From a virus: a stretch of 64,000 nt of DNA. Position numbers and translations under genes: made by a program. The notes beneath the pieces are model-generated. The model ran no database searches. It had not been told where the DNA came from and saw only the letters and a program-made list of their open reading frames with translations. The number at the start of each line of letters is the position of its first letter. Positions within the stretch are counted from its first letter, which is position 1. Of this stretch, positions 7,953 through 17,930 are shown piece by piece. The stretch is from IMG/VR virus record IMGVR_UViG_3300012017_000779, positions 1 to 64,000 of that record; one strand, written 5' to 3'.

Positions 7953-9227
7953 ATGGCATATTTATATTTAAATTTTGACTACACATATTCAGATACAACA
8001 TTAAATAATGTTGATGTAAGAATTGAAACTACAAATTATTTTGACCCGAGTACTGATGCTTTTAATATTGTTAAAAATGAATATATTCCTATGAAAGGAG
8101 ATAAGCTTTATTTTTTACCGGGGGTTAATATTCCTAGAATAAAACTTAAAGATTTGGCTACTAAATTTGGTATCCGTACAGTAAGAGATATAAATGAAGC
8201 AACTATAATATTTGGTTCATCAAAAACAAAAGATAAAATGACAGGTTCTTCATGGAAATATAAAATTCCAACAACTCTTGTACAATTATTTTTTGAAACA
8301 TATAAAAATGATATGGATGATTATCAATTCAGTAAAATAGATAATGCATTAGAATTTTATACAGAAGAATATATTTTAACTGATTGGTCTACTGCAAGAA
8401 ATTTTACAGATACTGATTGTCCACAATTTAATAGTTATTCTTTACAACCAGCATACATAGATTATGTAAATAACAAAAAAAGTAGTTCTGAATATGTTTA
8501 TGATATAACTACAGATTATTTAAATCTTTTTAAAAGTATTCAAGGAAAAGAAATTATAGATGAATCTTGTTTATTAGATCAACTTAATGGTGATGATGCT
8601 ATTATAATTGATGCTGATATGTTTACACAATTATCTACAATGTTTAATAGTTCAGATGATGATAATCATATTCTTGCTATGGAGATATTAGCTAATTCTA
8701 AGTATAAAGAAAGTTTATTATATATTGAAATGTTATTTAAAGATTATTCATATAAAATAGGAAATTGTCATACTAAAAATCATGTTAATTTTAAATCTTT
8801 ATTAAGTTATTTAGGTAAAGCTAATAGATATATTGACACTAGTTTAGATAATATAATGGAATCTTTGATATCTAAAAAAGTTTTAACTAAGGATAAAGTA
8901 GATATATTACTTTATAACTATGGTGATGAAATAAAAAATAGAGGAGACTCAAATTACTTTAAAGTGCAGACAATAACAGTAAATGAAGATACTCTAAGTT
9001 TATTAAATGAAAATTATAATTATAAAGTTATTAAAGACTATGAGCCTTTAATTGTTGAAAACTTAGAAGAAGAAGAATTAGATGAAGTTATAGAAGATGA
9101 ATTAATAACTGAAATTGTTAATGAACCTATAGAAATTGAAATAATAATTGAAGAGGAAAAAGAATTAGAAATATTAACAGAATCTAAAGCAGAAAATAAT
9201 GAATCTACAGATATCGACTGGTTCTAG
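7953..9227 (+). CDS. Hypothetical protein, possible BRCT-like N-terminal region, acidic tail
   Basis: 424-aa ORF; KLYFLPGVNIPRIKLKD...VRDINEATIIF is only loosely BRCT-like. Confidence 0.6.
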   Translation: MAYLYLNFDYTYSDTTLNNVDVRIETTNYFDPSTDAFNIVKNEYIPMKGDKLYFLPGVNIPRIKLKDLATKFGIRTVRDINEATIIFGSSKTKDKMTGSSWKYKIPTTLVQLFFETYKNDMDDYQFSKIDNALEFYTEEYILTDWSTARNFTDTDCPQFNSYSLQPAYIDYVNNKKSSSEYVYDITTDYLNLFKSIQGKEIIDESCLLDQLNGDDAIIIDADMFTQLSTMFNSSDDDNHILAMEILANSKYKESLLYIEMLFKDYSYKIGNCHTKNHVNFKSLLSYLGKANRYIDTSLDNIMESLISKKVLTKDKVDILLYNYGDEIKNRGDSNYFKVQTITVNEDTLSLLNENYNYKVIKDYEPLIVENLEEEELDEVIEDELITEIVNEPIEIEIIIEEEKELEILTESKAENNESTDIDWF

Positions 9228-10209
9228 TGAACTAGATAATTTTTATAAAAAAGAATTTAATTTTAGTTATAGCAGTATAAATAAATTATTATTTTCACCA
9301 AGGATGTTTTACAATCATTATGTTTTAAATCAGAAAGAAGACAGTACAGACTCTCACCTAGTAATAGGAAGGGTCTTACACTGTCTATTATTAGAGCCTG
9401 CAAATTTTGATAATCAGTTTGCAGTAATGACTAGTAAGATTCCAAGTGAAAACAATAAAAAAATAATTGATAATATTTTTAAAAATTATTTGGTAAATCA
9501 AAATAATATACTAACTTTGGAAGACTATTCCAAAGAGATACTTACACATTTACTTACAATCAACTTACATCAATCTTTAAAAACAGATCAACAAAGACTT
9601 GATAAAATTCTTACTGATGAAAACAATGAGTATTTTGAATTTTTAAAACTAAGCTTAGGAAAAACAGTAATTGATCAAATAATTTTAGATAACTGTAAAA
9701 AAAGTTTAGATGTTATAAAAGCTAATGATGATGTTAGAGCTTTATTACAACTTGATAAAATTCAAGAAGATGATGAGATAGAAGTATACAATGAATTAAT
9801 TGTATCTATGTCTGATAAAAATTTACCATTTGGTTTCAAAGGAGTTTTAGATAATGTTGTTGTTGATCATAACTCAAAAACTTTATTTATTAATGACTTA
9901 AAGACATCAGGTAAGTCTATACAAGATTTTCCAGAATCTGTTGACTATTACAAGTATTGGATACAAGGTACCATATATGTAATGTTAGCTTCTGAAAAGT
10001 TTTTAAAAGACAAACAAGATTGGAATGTTCAACTTACATTTATTGTAATTGACAAGTACAATCAAGTTTACCCATATCAAGTGTCTTCAGAAAGTCTAAG
10101 CAAATGGAAAATTGATTTTGAAAAAATAGTAACACAGATTAGATGGCACTATGATAACAAACAATATGATCTTCCATATGATTTAGCATTAGGTAATGTA
10201 AAATTATAA
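9199..10209 (+). CDS. PD-(D/E)XK exonuclease (ExoVIII/DUF3799-like)
   Basis: SYSSI...GRVLHCLLLEP...FKGVLDNV...INDLKTS...YWIQGTIY. Confidence 0.85.
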   Translation: MNLQISTGSSELDNFYKKEFNFSYSSINKLLFSPRMFYNHYVLNQKEDSTDSHLVIGRVLHCLLLEPANFDNQFAVMTSKIPSENNKKIIDNIFKNYLVNQNNILTLEDYSKEILTHLLTINLHQSLKTDQQRLDKILTDENNEYFEFLKLSLGKTVIDQIILDNCKKSLDVIKANDDVRALLQLDKIQEDDEIEVYNELIVSMSDKNLPFGFKGVLDNVVVDHNSKTLFINDLKTSGKSIQDFPESVDYYKYWIQGTIYVMLASEKFLKDKQDWNVQLTFIVIDKYNQVYPYQVSSESLSKWKIDFEKIVTQIRWHYDNKQYDLPYDLALGNVKL

Positions 10210-10212
10210 TAT

Positions 10213-10776
10213 ATGGCAATAAAGGCAATTTACAAAAAGTATTTCCAAAAATCTAAGATATTTATATATCCATTATTAGATATCAAAAGAGGAACTTTTA
10301 TTATTCCAAATGAAACTTATGTTAATTTGAATGATACTCACTCTTATAAAGATATGAAACTAATATGCTTATATGAAATGTCTGATACTAAAAATATGAA
10401 TTTAAACAAAGAAAAATTATTAAAACATAATAGACTAGTTGAACATATTGAATTAGACAATGATTCTAATTTATTTATATTTGATTTTTCAGATCTAATA
10501 GATGATTGGAAAAAATTTATAGATGGAAAATATAGTAAACTAGATGAAAAATTAAAACGTAAAATTTTAAATTATTTTGATAAAAATTCAGGAAACTATG
10601 CATATATTAAAAGTTATTTGTATCCAGAAAATTTTTTTAATGATTATGCTATATTATTAAATGTAGATAATGAAATGTTAGAAACAGTAGGAGAATTATG
10701 TGATAAACCTGATTTAGAAAAAGAAACTTTAACAATTTTAATAAATAATGTAACAGAATTAAAAGTTTTAAAATAA
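10213..10776 (+). CDS. Hypothetical phage protein
   Basis: 187-aa ORF in the operon; F..GKYSK motif. Confidence 0.65.
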   Translation: MAIKAIYKKYFQKSKIFIYPLLDIKRGTFIIPNETYVNLNDTHSYKDMKLICLYEMSDTKNMNLNKEKLLKHNRLVEHIELDNDSNLFIFDFSDLIDDWKKFIDGKYSKLDEKLKRKILNYFDKNSGNYAYIKSYLYPENFFNDYAILLNVDNEMLETVGELCDKPDLEKETLTILINNVTELKVLK

Positions 10777-10806
10777 TTTATATTAACTTTATAAAAAATT
10801 AAAAAA

Positions 10807-11205
10807 ATGACAGAAAAAACAATGATGTTAGTCCAATCAACTTGGCAAGAGAAACAAACATTTAGAATGATCCCAATAGCTGATTCATGTCCTTATGTTG
10901 AATGTATTATGGATCCAGAAACAAAAGTATTTGTAGTGATTTCTAAAATTACTAAACAAAGTTTACATATGTTACCAAGAATGGATGACAATGGAGACCC
11001 TATGTTTACTAAAAGTACAAGACCAAATGGTAGACAAATTAAAGAAGAACGTCACAAAATTGAAGTATTTCAAGAATTTTATATTGAAGACAAAATAGCA
11101 ATTAAAGATTTAATACATCTTTTTGCTGTTAATGCTAAAACATTTGATTATGAAGCATTTATGATTAAAACTGAAGTAGAAGATTTACCTGTAGCAGGAG
11201 TTTAA
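10807..11205 (+). CDS. Hypothetical phage protein
   Basis: 132-aa ORF with an A-rich start context. Confidence 0.65.
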   Translation: MTEKTMMLVQSTWQEKQTFRMIPIADSCPYVECIMDPETKVFVVISKITKQSLHMLPRMDDNGDPMFTKSTRPNGRQIKEERHKIEVFQEFYIEDKIAIKDLIHLFAVNAKTFDYEAFMIKTEVEDLPVAGV

Positions 11206-11222
11206 ATTAAAAAACTAAAGTG

Positions 11223-11253
11223 AAGGGTGGATATTATTGTTCACCCTTTTTTT
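11223..11253 (+). terminator. Intrinsic terminator
   Basis: AAGGGTGGATA-TTAT-TGTTCACCCTT followed by a T-tract. Confidence 0.75.
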
Positions 11254-11293
11254 ATTATCTAAATGGGGAAACAGCTTAACTGAATAATAGCCT

Positions 11294-13192
11294 ATGAGAA
11301 CACATTATGTGATGGATTATGAAACATTATCCAATTGTTTTTTAGCAGTGTTTGAAAGTATAAAATCAGAAGATAGACACATATTTGTATGTCATGAATC
11401 TAGAAATGATATATTATCTTTACTTACTTTTCTATGTAAAAACATAGAACAAAATGAATGGCATGTTAGTTTTAATGGTCTTGGTTTTGACAGTCAGATT
11501 ACTGAGTATATATTAAGAAATTCTAGTACTTTATTATTCATGACTGGAGAAGAAATTGCAGAGTTTGTGTATGAAAAAGCACAAAATGTAATTTACAAAC
11601 AAAACAACAAAGAATTCTTAGAGTTTAGTCAAAAAGATTTGCAAATTAAACAAGTTGATGTTTTTAAATTAAATCATTGGGATAATCCAGCAAAAAGAAG
11701 TTCATTGAAATGGATACAGTATACTATGGATTGGTTAAACATAAAAGATATGCCAATACACCATTCTAGTAGTATCACAGAAGACCAAATAGAAAGTATA
11801 ATAAGTTACTGTATAAATGATGTTAAGTCTACAAAAGCCATAATGCATTTAAGTAAAGAACAGATTGCTCTTAGAAAAACTTTAACTGAAGAATATAATA
11901 TTAATTTATTTAGTGCTTCAGAACCAAGGATATCTAAAGAGTTGTTTTTGCATTTCTTACATAAGCATACTGGTATACCAAAATGGGAACTTAAAAATAT
12001 GAGAACTAGTAGACCAAGTATAGTTGTTAAAGATATTATACTACCTTATATAAAGTTTAAGACAGCAAGTTTCCAAAATCTTCTTAGAAAATTCCAGGAC
12101 GTAGTTTTATATCCAGGAGAAACTAAAGGAGGATTTAAATACTCTGTTAACTATAAAGGTGTTAAAACTGATTTTGGTTTAGGTGGTGTTCACGGTGCTA
12201 GAACTAGTAAAGTATATAATTCTACTGAAGATACTGTAATTATGACATCAGATGTTACTAGTTTCTATCCAAATTTAGCAATTAGAAACAAATGGTCTCC
12301 TGCTCATTTACCAAGAGAAGAATTTTGTAACCTGTATGAATGGTTCTTTGAAGAAAGAAAAAAGATTCCTAAAAAAGATCCTAAAAATTATGTATATAAG
12401 ATTATATTAAACTCTACTTATGGGCTTAGTAATGATGCTAATAGTTTTCTATATGATCCTGAGTTTACTATGAGGATTACTATTAATGGTCAGCTTAGTC
12501 TTACTATGTTATATGAGATGATATGTGAAGGGATTCCCGAAGCTATTCCTATAATGCAAAATACTGATGGTTTAGAAACTATAATACCAAAAGATAAAGT
12601 AGATAAGTATAAGGAAATATGTGCTGAATGGGAAAAAATAACAATGCTAGAACTGGAGCATGATACTTATACTAAAATTGTTTTAGGTGATGTAAATAAT
12701 TATATAGCAGTTACAGCAGATGGTAAGTCTAAATGTAAAGGTAGATTTGAGTTTAAAGATTTAGCTCTTCATAAAAATAAAAGTTTCTTAATTATACCAA
12801 TAGCTCTTCATGAGTTCTTTGTAAATGGTGTTGAACCTATAGATACAATTAAAGCTAACAAAAACATATTTGATTTTTGTGGTGGTGTAAAAATAAAAGG
12901 AGATTGGAATTTTTGGGAACATGTGATTAAAGATGGAGACTACAGTGTAAATGAAATACAACACACTATTAGATATTATATGTCTAATGGGGGAAGTAAG
13001 ATTGTTAAGAAAAATAATACAGACAATAGAGAAATACAAATAGAAGCTGGAAAGTGGATGCAGAGTATCTTTATAAATTATGAAGAAAAAGAATTTTCTG
13101 AATATGATATTAATTATGATTATTACATACAAAAAGTAAAAAAAGAAATAGAAGGGCTTATGCCTAATAGAAACCAATTAAGTTTATTTTAA
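11294..13192 (+). CDS. polB: DNA polymerase family B
   Basis: Exo I DYE, Exo II FNGLGFD, Exo III YCINDV; Pol motifs DVTSFYPN, KIILNSTYG and NTDG. No intein-sized insertion. Confidence 0.92.
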   Translation: MRTHYVMDYETLSNCFLAVFESIKSEDRHIFVCHESRNDILSLLTFLCKNIEQNEWHVSFNGLGFDSQITEYILRNSSTLLFMTGEEIAEFVYEKAQNVIYKQNNKEFLEFSQKDLQIKQVDVFKLNHWDNPAKRSSLKWIQYTMDWLNIKDMPIHHSSSITEDQIESIISYCINDVKSTKAIMHLSKEQIALRKTLTEEYNINLFSASEPRISKELFLHFLHKHTGIPKWELKNMRTSRPSIVVKDIILPYIKFKTASFQNLLRKFQDVVLYPGETKGGFKYSVNYKGVKTDFGLGGVHGARTSKVYNSTEDTVIMTSDVTSFYPNLAIRNKWSPAHLPREEFCNLYEWFFEERKKIPKKDPKNYVYKIILNSTYGLSNDANSFLYDPEFTMRITINGQLSLTMLYEMICEGIPEAIPIMQNTDGLETIIPKDKVDKYKEICAEWEKITMLELEHDTYTKIVLGDVNNYIAVTADGKSKCKGRFEFKDLALHKNKSFLIIPIALHEFFVNGVEPIDTIKANKNIFDFCGGVKIKGDWNFWEHVIKDGDYSVNEIQHTIRYYMSNGGSKIVKKNNTDNREIQIEAGKWMQSIFINYEEKEFSEYDINYDYYIQKVKKEIEGLMPNRNQLSLF

Positions 13193-13193
13193 T

Positions 13194-14405
13194 ATGCCAA
13201 AGAAAATTAAAGATTGCACATGGGATTACCTAACAGGAATTCCTTTACCGGTACATGCTGATACATATACAGTTATAAGTCATGAAAATGTGATGGATTA
13301 CTCAAAAACAGCATTAATTAATGCAGGTTTTACAATTGAAAGAGAAGAATATAGAGCAACTGCTGATGGGCAGATTGCTCAGGGAGTTTTTAGATTACAC
13401 TATGGAACTGACCAAGAATTATCAATGATGTTTGCATGGACTAATAGTTATAATAAGCAAGTAAGATTTAAATGTGGTGTTGGTGCTTATATAAATACTA
13501 ACGGAACTGTGATGGTATGTGGGGACATGGGTAACTGGGCAAGAAAACATACAGGAACAGCTGACACAGAAACAATAGCTACAATTACTGAACAAGTAAC
13601 TAATGCTCACATGTATTATAATCAATTAGTATCTGATAAAAATGTTATGCAAACCATTAGCATGACTAAAAGAAAACAAGCACAATTATTGGGAATATTA
13701 TTTGCTGAGTATCAAATACTTACTACTGAACAAGCTAGTATAGTGAGACAACAGATGGATAAACCAAGTTATGTGTTTGCAGATAACAATAGTTTATGGG
13801 CATTCTATAACTATGTTACTTTAGCATTACAGCAGTCACATCCTAAAACATGGATGGAAGATCAAAGAATATTACATTATTTTATTAATTCTGTAAATAA
13901 TTTTCCAGTGAGCAGTCAACCTGCACAGGTTCCTGTAGAAGAAGTTATAGTTACTGAAGACATAATAAATACAATTGATCCTAATCAGATTAGTTTGTTA
14001 GATCAGATTGCTGACATGGAAGCTGATATGATGGATGAAGATGTTAGATATGCTGCAAATGATGAAGAAGAAATCTATAATGAAATAGAAGTAGAAGAAC
14101 TTACTATAGAACAACCTGAAGAATCTATATTGCAATATACCGATAAAGATGGTAATACATTTGAGTCTATAGAATTTCATAATGCAGTTGTAGAACCTTC
14201 ATTAGAAATTCATAAGCAATTTGAAAATGATATGGAAAAAGATATGTCTGAAGAAGAGAAAGAAAATCTACAAAACTCTGCAGATTTAAATTTGTTGGAT
14301 GAAAATCCTAACAAAACAAAAACTTTAGATTCAGATTTTGATTTAGATTTTATAGTTACTGAAGATAATACAAATAAAGAAGAAGATTTATCTGACTTTT
14401 TCTAA
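13194..14405 (+). CDS. DUF932/DUF945-like protein with long acidic C-terminal tail
   Basis: YTVISH...NSYNKQ....G.....NG.......HTG and WAFYNYVT motifs. Confidence 0.6.
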   Translation: MPKKIKDCTWDYLTGIPLPVHADTYTVISHENVMDYSKTALINAGFTIEREEYRATADGQIAQGVFRLHYGTDQELSMMFAWTNSYNKQVRFKCGVGAYINTNGTVMVCGDMGNWARKHTGTADTETIATITEQVTNAHMYYNQLVSDKNVMQTISMTKRKQAQLLGILFAEYQILTTEQASIVRQQMDKPSYVFADNNSLWAFYNYVTLALQQSHPKTWMEDQRILHYFINSVNNFPVSSQPAQVPVEEVIVTEDIINTIDPNQISLLDQIADMEADMMDEDVRYAANDEEEIYNEIEVEELTIEQPEESILQYTDKDGNTFESIEFHNAVVEPSLEIHKQFENDMEKDMSEEEKENLQNSADLNLLDENPNKTKTLDSDFDLDFIVTEDNTNKEEDLSDFF

Positions 14406-14418
14406 GTAAAAATAAATT

Positions 14419-14452
14419 AAGGGAGAAACATTATGTTTTTCCCTTTTTTTTT
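14419..14452. terminator. Terminator at the convergence of the two transcription blocks
   Basis: AAGGGAGAAACA-TTA-TGTTTTTCCCTT plus a long T-tract between convergent stops. Confidence 0.8.
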
Positions 14453-17400
14453 AACGTTCTGATATAGACTTATATAATTTTGTAGCTTCTTCTGGATTAA
14501 AATTATAACCACTAAAGCCCATCATTCTTTTAAAATAAACCCATGCTTTATTATCTCCTTTTTCAACAACACCTGATTTTCTTTCATATACTTCAAAAGG
14601 AGAAGTTAGTTGACCAAGAAATTTTATAACTCTATCAACAGATGTTAACATTGCAGATGGACTTCTTACTTGACGGTAAGCATCTTTTATACTTACATAT
14701 GCTGCTGTTTCAGATTTCATTCTTGTAAGTTGATATACAAATAAATTCATAAAGTATCCTTTTTCATCATCATCATCATCTCCTGTAAGTAATGATAAAG
14801 CTAATATTAAAGATAATATTATTGATAGTTCCATTATTGCTTTTTTTATACTAGCTTTTTCAAAAGCACTGTAAGTTGACCAATTTTTTATTAAATTAAA
14901 TTTAAGTTTTTTTAAATCTCTTCCAGCAGTATCTAAAAATACTCTATAAAAACCTTCTGTCATACTATCAAGTTCAATGTCATATGATAATTTTTTAAAT
15001 CTCCTTTTAAAACCAGGAACCATATGTTTTCTATACATAAGTATTAATCTTCCTATGCTATATTTTTGAAATGTACTTTTATCAAATTTATTATAAATAC
15101 CTTGCATTCTTTTACTTAATGCATGTAATCTATTTTGAAAATCTTGTCTTCTTGCATCAGTAAAGGGTAATGTTTTATATTCAGTTCCTTCCATTATAGG
15201 TGCATTATAGGCATCTAGAATTACTATTTCTACTTTACCTTCTAAATTTGTACCTTCAGGAGAATTTATATATTTTTTATATGCTTCATATAGATCAATT
15301 ATTTTTTTAGATTCAATATCATAAACTTTTGTTCCATGCATTAATGCATACATATTACTAACTGCAATTTCATATTCACCCCAATGTTGATTAAAGAATA
15401 ATGTATTTGTACTCATAAGTTTACGGGCAACAGAAGCTGAAACTACTTTTCCATATTCATCTGTAAAATCACCTTGCATAGGTTCAAAAAGTTCTACTAG
15501 TCTTCCTTGAAAACTTTTAGGAGCTACATTACCTTGAAAAAAATCTCCAAGAGCAGCAGGTGTATCAGATATAAAATTTGTTTTTGCAGTTAAAAGATTT
15601 TTTTTAGTAAAAAATTCTCCAGAATTAGCTTCAATTATTAATTGAATATTTCCTTGTAAATTATTTGCAATACCTTTTAATAAGTCTCCAGCAATAGAAG
15701 TTAATGCAGAATATGCAATTCCTAAATTTGTTAATTTTCCTGAGTCAAATTTTGCACCAAGAGTTTCAAAACTAGATACTTGTTGAGATTCACCAAATAT
15801 AATCATATCAATGAAAGCATTTACATGAGCTTTACTATTATTATCAAATTGTCCTTTTGATATTATAGGAAGATTATATCCTAATTTCTTAGCAAAACTA
15901 TCTAAAATATTTTGTCCAGATGAGTCTGTTTTTTCAACAACTCTATCACCTATAGCAAATTTAAATAAATTAATTTCAGCATGTATTTTATTTAATGCAT
16001 CAAATTTATTAGACATAGCACTAAACTGTAATACACTAGCTCCTAAATCATATGATACAATATCAGTTGACATTTCACTTATAAAATATATAGGTAAGTT
16101 TTTATTTCCTTCACCTGCAATTGCAGAACTTTCAGATAAGTTACCAAAATCATCTTCATAATTTTGTACATTAAATGCTTCTTTAAATGTTTGTTTTGTA
16201 CCTTGAATTATATTAGTTTGTAATCTTTCATTAGTTGATTTTGGAATTGATGGTACATAATAACCAGGTCTTTTTGAAGATGGTAATTTTTCTTGTTGTT
16301 CAAAATATAATTTAGTCAACCCTTCATGCAATCTTCCTTTTTCATTTTTTGGTTTTCCATTTGTATCATACAAACTTGTCCAATTTTTATTTAAATATTT
16401 ATCTGCAGGTCTTGTAAATTCACTATTAAAATCTATACTAGAAGCCCAATTGTTAAATGTATCTTCATCAATAAATCCTTGTACTAAATCATTTTGTTTT
16501 TCTGCTATAGCAGCATCTTTTATACTTTGATCTACACTAGTAGTATTAGCTTTATACCAATCATTTTTTTTCTTTTTATATGCAGCTAATGCTACTGCTT
16601 CAGTAGGTATTTTTCCTAAATCTTTAAAAAATTTATATCTTTCAGTATTATATTTATTTATATCATATTTTTGTACAAAAGCAAGTCTTGTAGTTTTTAA
16701 ATAAGCTTCACTATCTTTTATATCTTCATCATAGTCTACATTTTTTTTAAAAGTATCTATTTCTTCATATATTCCAGAATATAAATTTTTAATTGATGTA
16801 GCTCTACTATAAGTTTTAAAATATGGTTCTAAATAATTTTTAAAAAGATCATTTTTAATTTTTATATCTTGTAATCTAGCAGTTTCCATTTCACTTTTTA
16901 TTGCTTTAGCAAACAATGCTATTACATTATCTTCTGAACTTATTAAAGGATCAACTAAATAATTAAAAAATGATTCATCAATATTTGTACTTGTTAGTTG
17001 ATCTATTAAAGTTTTTTCATCTAATGTAAAACCTAAAAGTTTATTTTTTTCAGCTTCTAGTTTTCTAACTCTATCAACAATAAATTCTGGTTTATTCTTA
17101 GGATAATTTCTAACATTTTCTATTCTTTTATCAATAGTTTCAATTTGATCTAAAATTTTTGCATTACCATATTCTGGTTTATATTTTAAAATAAAACTTG
17201 CTAATAATGGAATTGCACTTTTATTAAGATCTTTTTTCATCTTATCTCTAATTGCAATTGATTCTGTAATCCTTGCTTGAGGAGTCATTTTATTAATATC
17301 TATACCCATTTGAGAAAGAGTATTTTTATCTCCTTTAAAAAAGCTATCAATATCAGCTTTATCAATAGCATCTAGTATAGTATAGTTATTTATTCTAGTT

Positions 17401-17930
17401 AAAATAAGAGAAAAATCTTTCATTAAATTTTTCTTTTGAGTATCTGATAAATTTGGTTTTGCAGAAAGTTTTATCCAATCTTGAAAATCTTTATTTAAAA
17501 GTCTAAACTTTCTTAATGTATCATCAACAAATATTTCAAGAGATTTGATTTGTTGTATAGTATCTATGTCTTCATTTATTTTTTCTACTTTTAATTTTTC
17601 AATAGTTGTTTTTAAAGTAAAAAGTTCTTTTTCTTTTGATTTAAATTTTTGACCTGATAAAGCACTTAATTGTTTTTTAAGTTCAACTTCTATTTTTTCA
17701 ACTAAAGATTGTATTTCTATTTTTTGTTCAGCAGAAATATCTTTATTTTCTTTTACTTCTGTTTGATCTATAGTAGCACCTTCTTCCATTACTGAACTCA
17801 TATCAAATAAAAGTTCATCCTCATCTGCATAATTAAAGTATTTATCAGTAGCAGCTTGGTCACCATTATTTTCTGCTAACTTATCTATATACTCTTTTGA
17901 ATTTCTATTTATACAATTTCCTATTGACAT
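14451..17930 (-). CDS. Large internal virion (cargo/ejected) protein
   Basis: 1159 aa, last gene of the vRNAP cluster; C-terminal TM-like helix followed by GDDDDDE; single Cys at residue 6. Confidence 0.65.
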   Translation of the reverse strand: MSIGNCINRNSKEYIDKLAENNGDQAATDKYFNYADEDELLFDMSSVMEEGATIDQTEVKENKDISAEQKIEIQSLVEKIEVELKKQLSALSGQKFKSKEKELFTLKTTIEKLKVEKINEDIDTIQQIKSLEIFVDDTLRKFRLLNKDFQDWIKLSAKPNLSDTQKKNLMKDFSLILTRINNYTILDAIDKADIDSFFKGDKNTLSQMGIDINKMTPQARITESIAIRDKMKKDLNKSAIPLLASFILKYKPEYGNAKILDQIETIDKRIENVRNYPKNKPEFIVDRVRKLEAEKNKLLGFTLDEKTLIDQLTSTNIDESFFNYLVDPLISSEDNVIALFAKAIKSEMETARLQDIKIKNDLFKNYLEPYFKTYSRATSIKNLYSGIYEEIDTFKKNVDYDEDIKDSEAYLKTTRLAFVQKYDINKYNTERYKFFKDLGKIPTEAVALAAYKKKKNDWYKANTTSVDQSIKDAAIAEKQNDLVQGFIDEDTFNNWASSIDFNSEFTRPADKYLNKNWTSLYDTNGKPKNEKGRLHEGLTKLYFEQQEKLPSSKRPGYYVPSIPKSTNERLQTNIIQGTKQTFKEAFNVQNYEDDFGNLSESSAIAGEGNKNLPIYFISEMSTDIVSYDLGASVLQFSAMSNKFDALNKIHAEINLFKFAIGDRVVEKTDSSGQNILDSFAKKLGYNLPIISKGQFDNNSKAHVNAFIDMIIFGESQQVSSFETLGAKFDSGKLTNLGIAYSALTSIAGDLLKGIANNLQGNIQLIIEANSGEFFTKKNLLTAKTNFISDTPAALGDFFQGNVAPKSFQGRLVELFEPMQGDFTDEYGKVVSASVARKLMSTNTLFFNQHWGEYEIAVSNMYALMHGTKVYDIESKKIIDLYEAYKKYINSPEGTNLEGKVEIVILDAYNAPIMEGTEYKTLPFTDARRQDFQNRLHALSKRMQGIYNKFDKSTFQKYSIGRLILMYRKHMVPGFKRRFKKLSYDIELDSMTEGFYRVFLDTAGRDLKKLKFNLIKNWSTYSAFEKASIKKAIMELSIILSLILALSLLTGDDDDDEKGYFMNLFVYQLTRMKSETAAYVSIKDAYRQVRSPSAMLTSVDRVIKFLGQLTSPFEVYERKSGVVEKGDNKAWVYFKRMMGFSGYNFNPEEATKLYKSISER

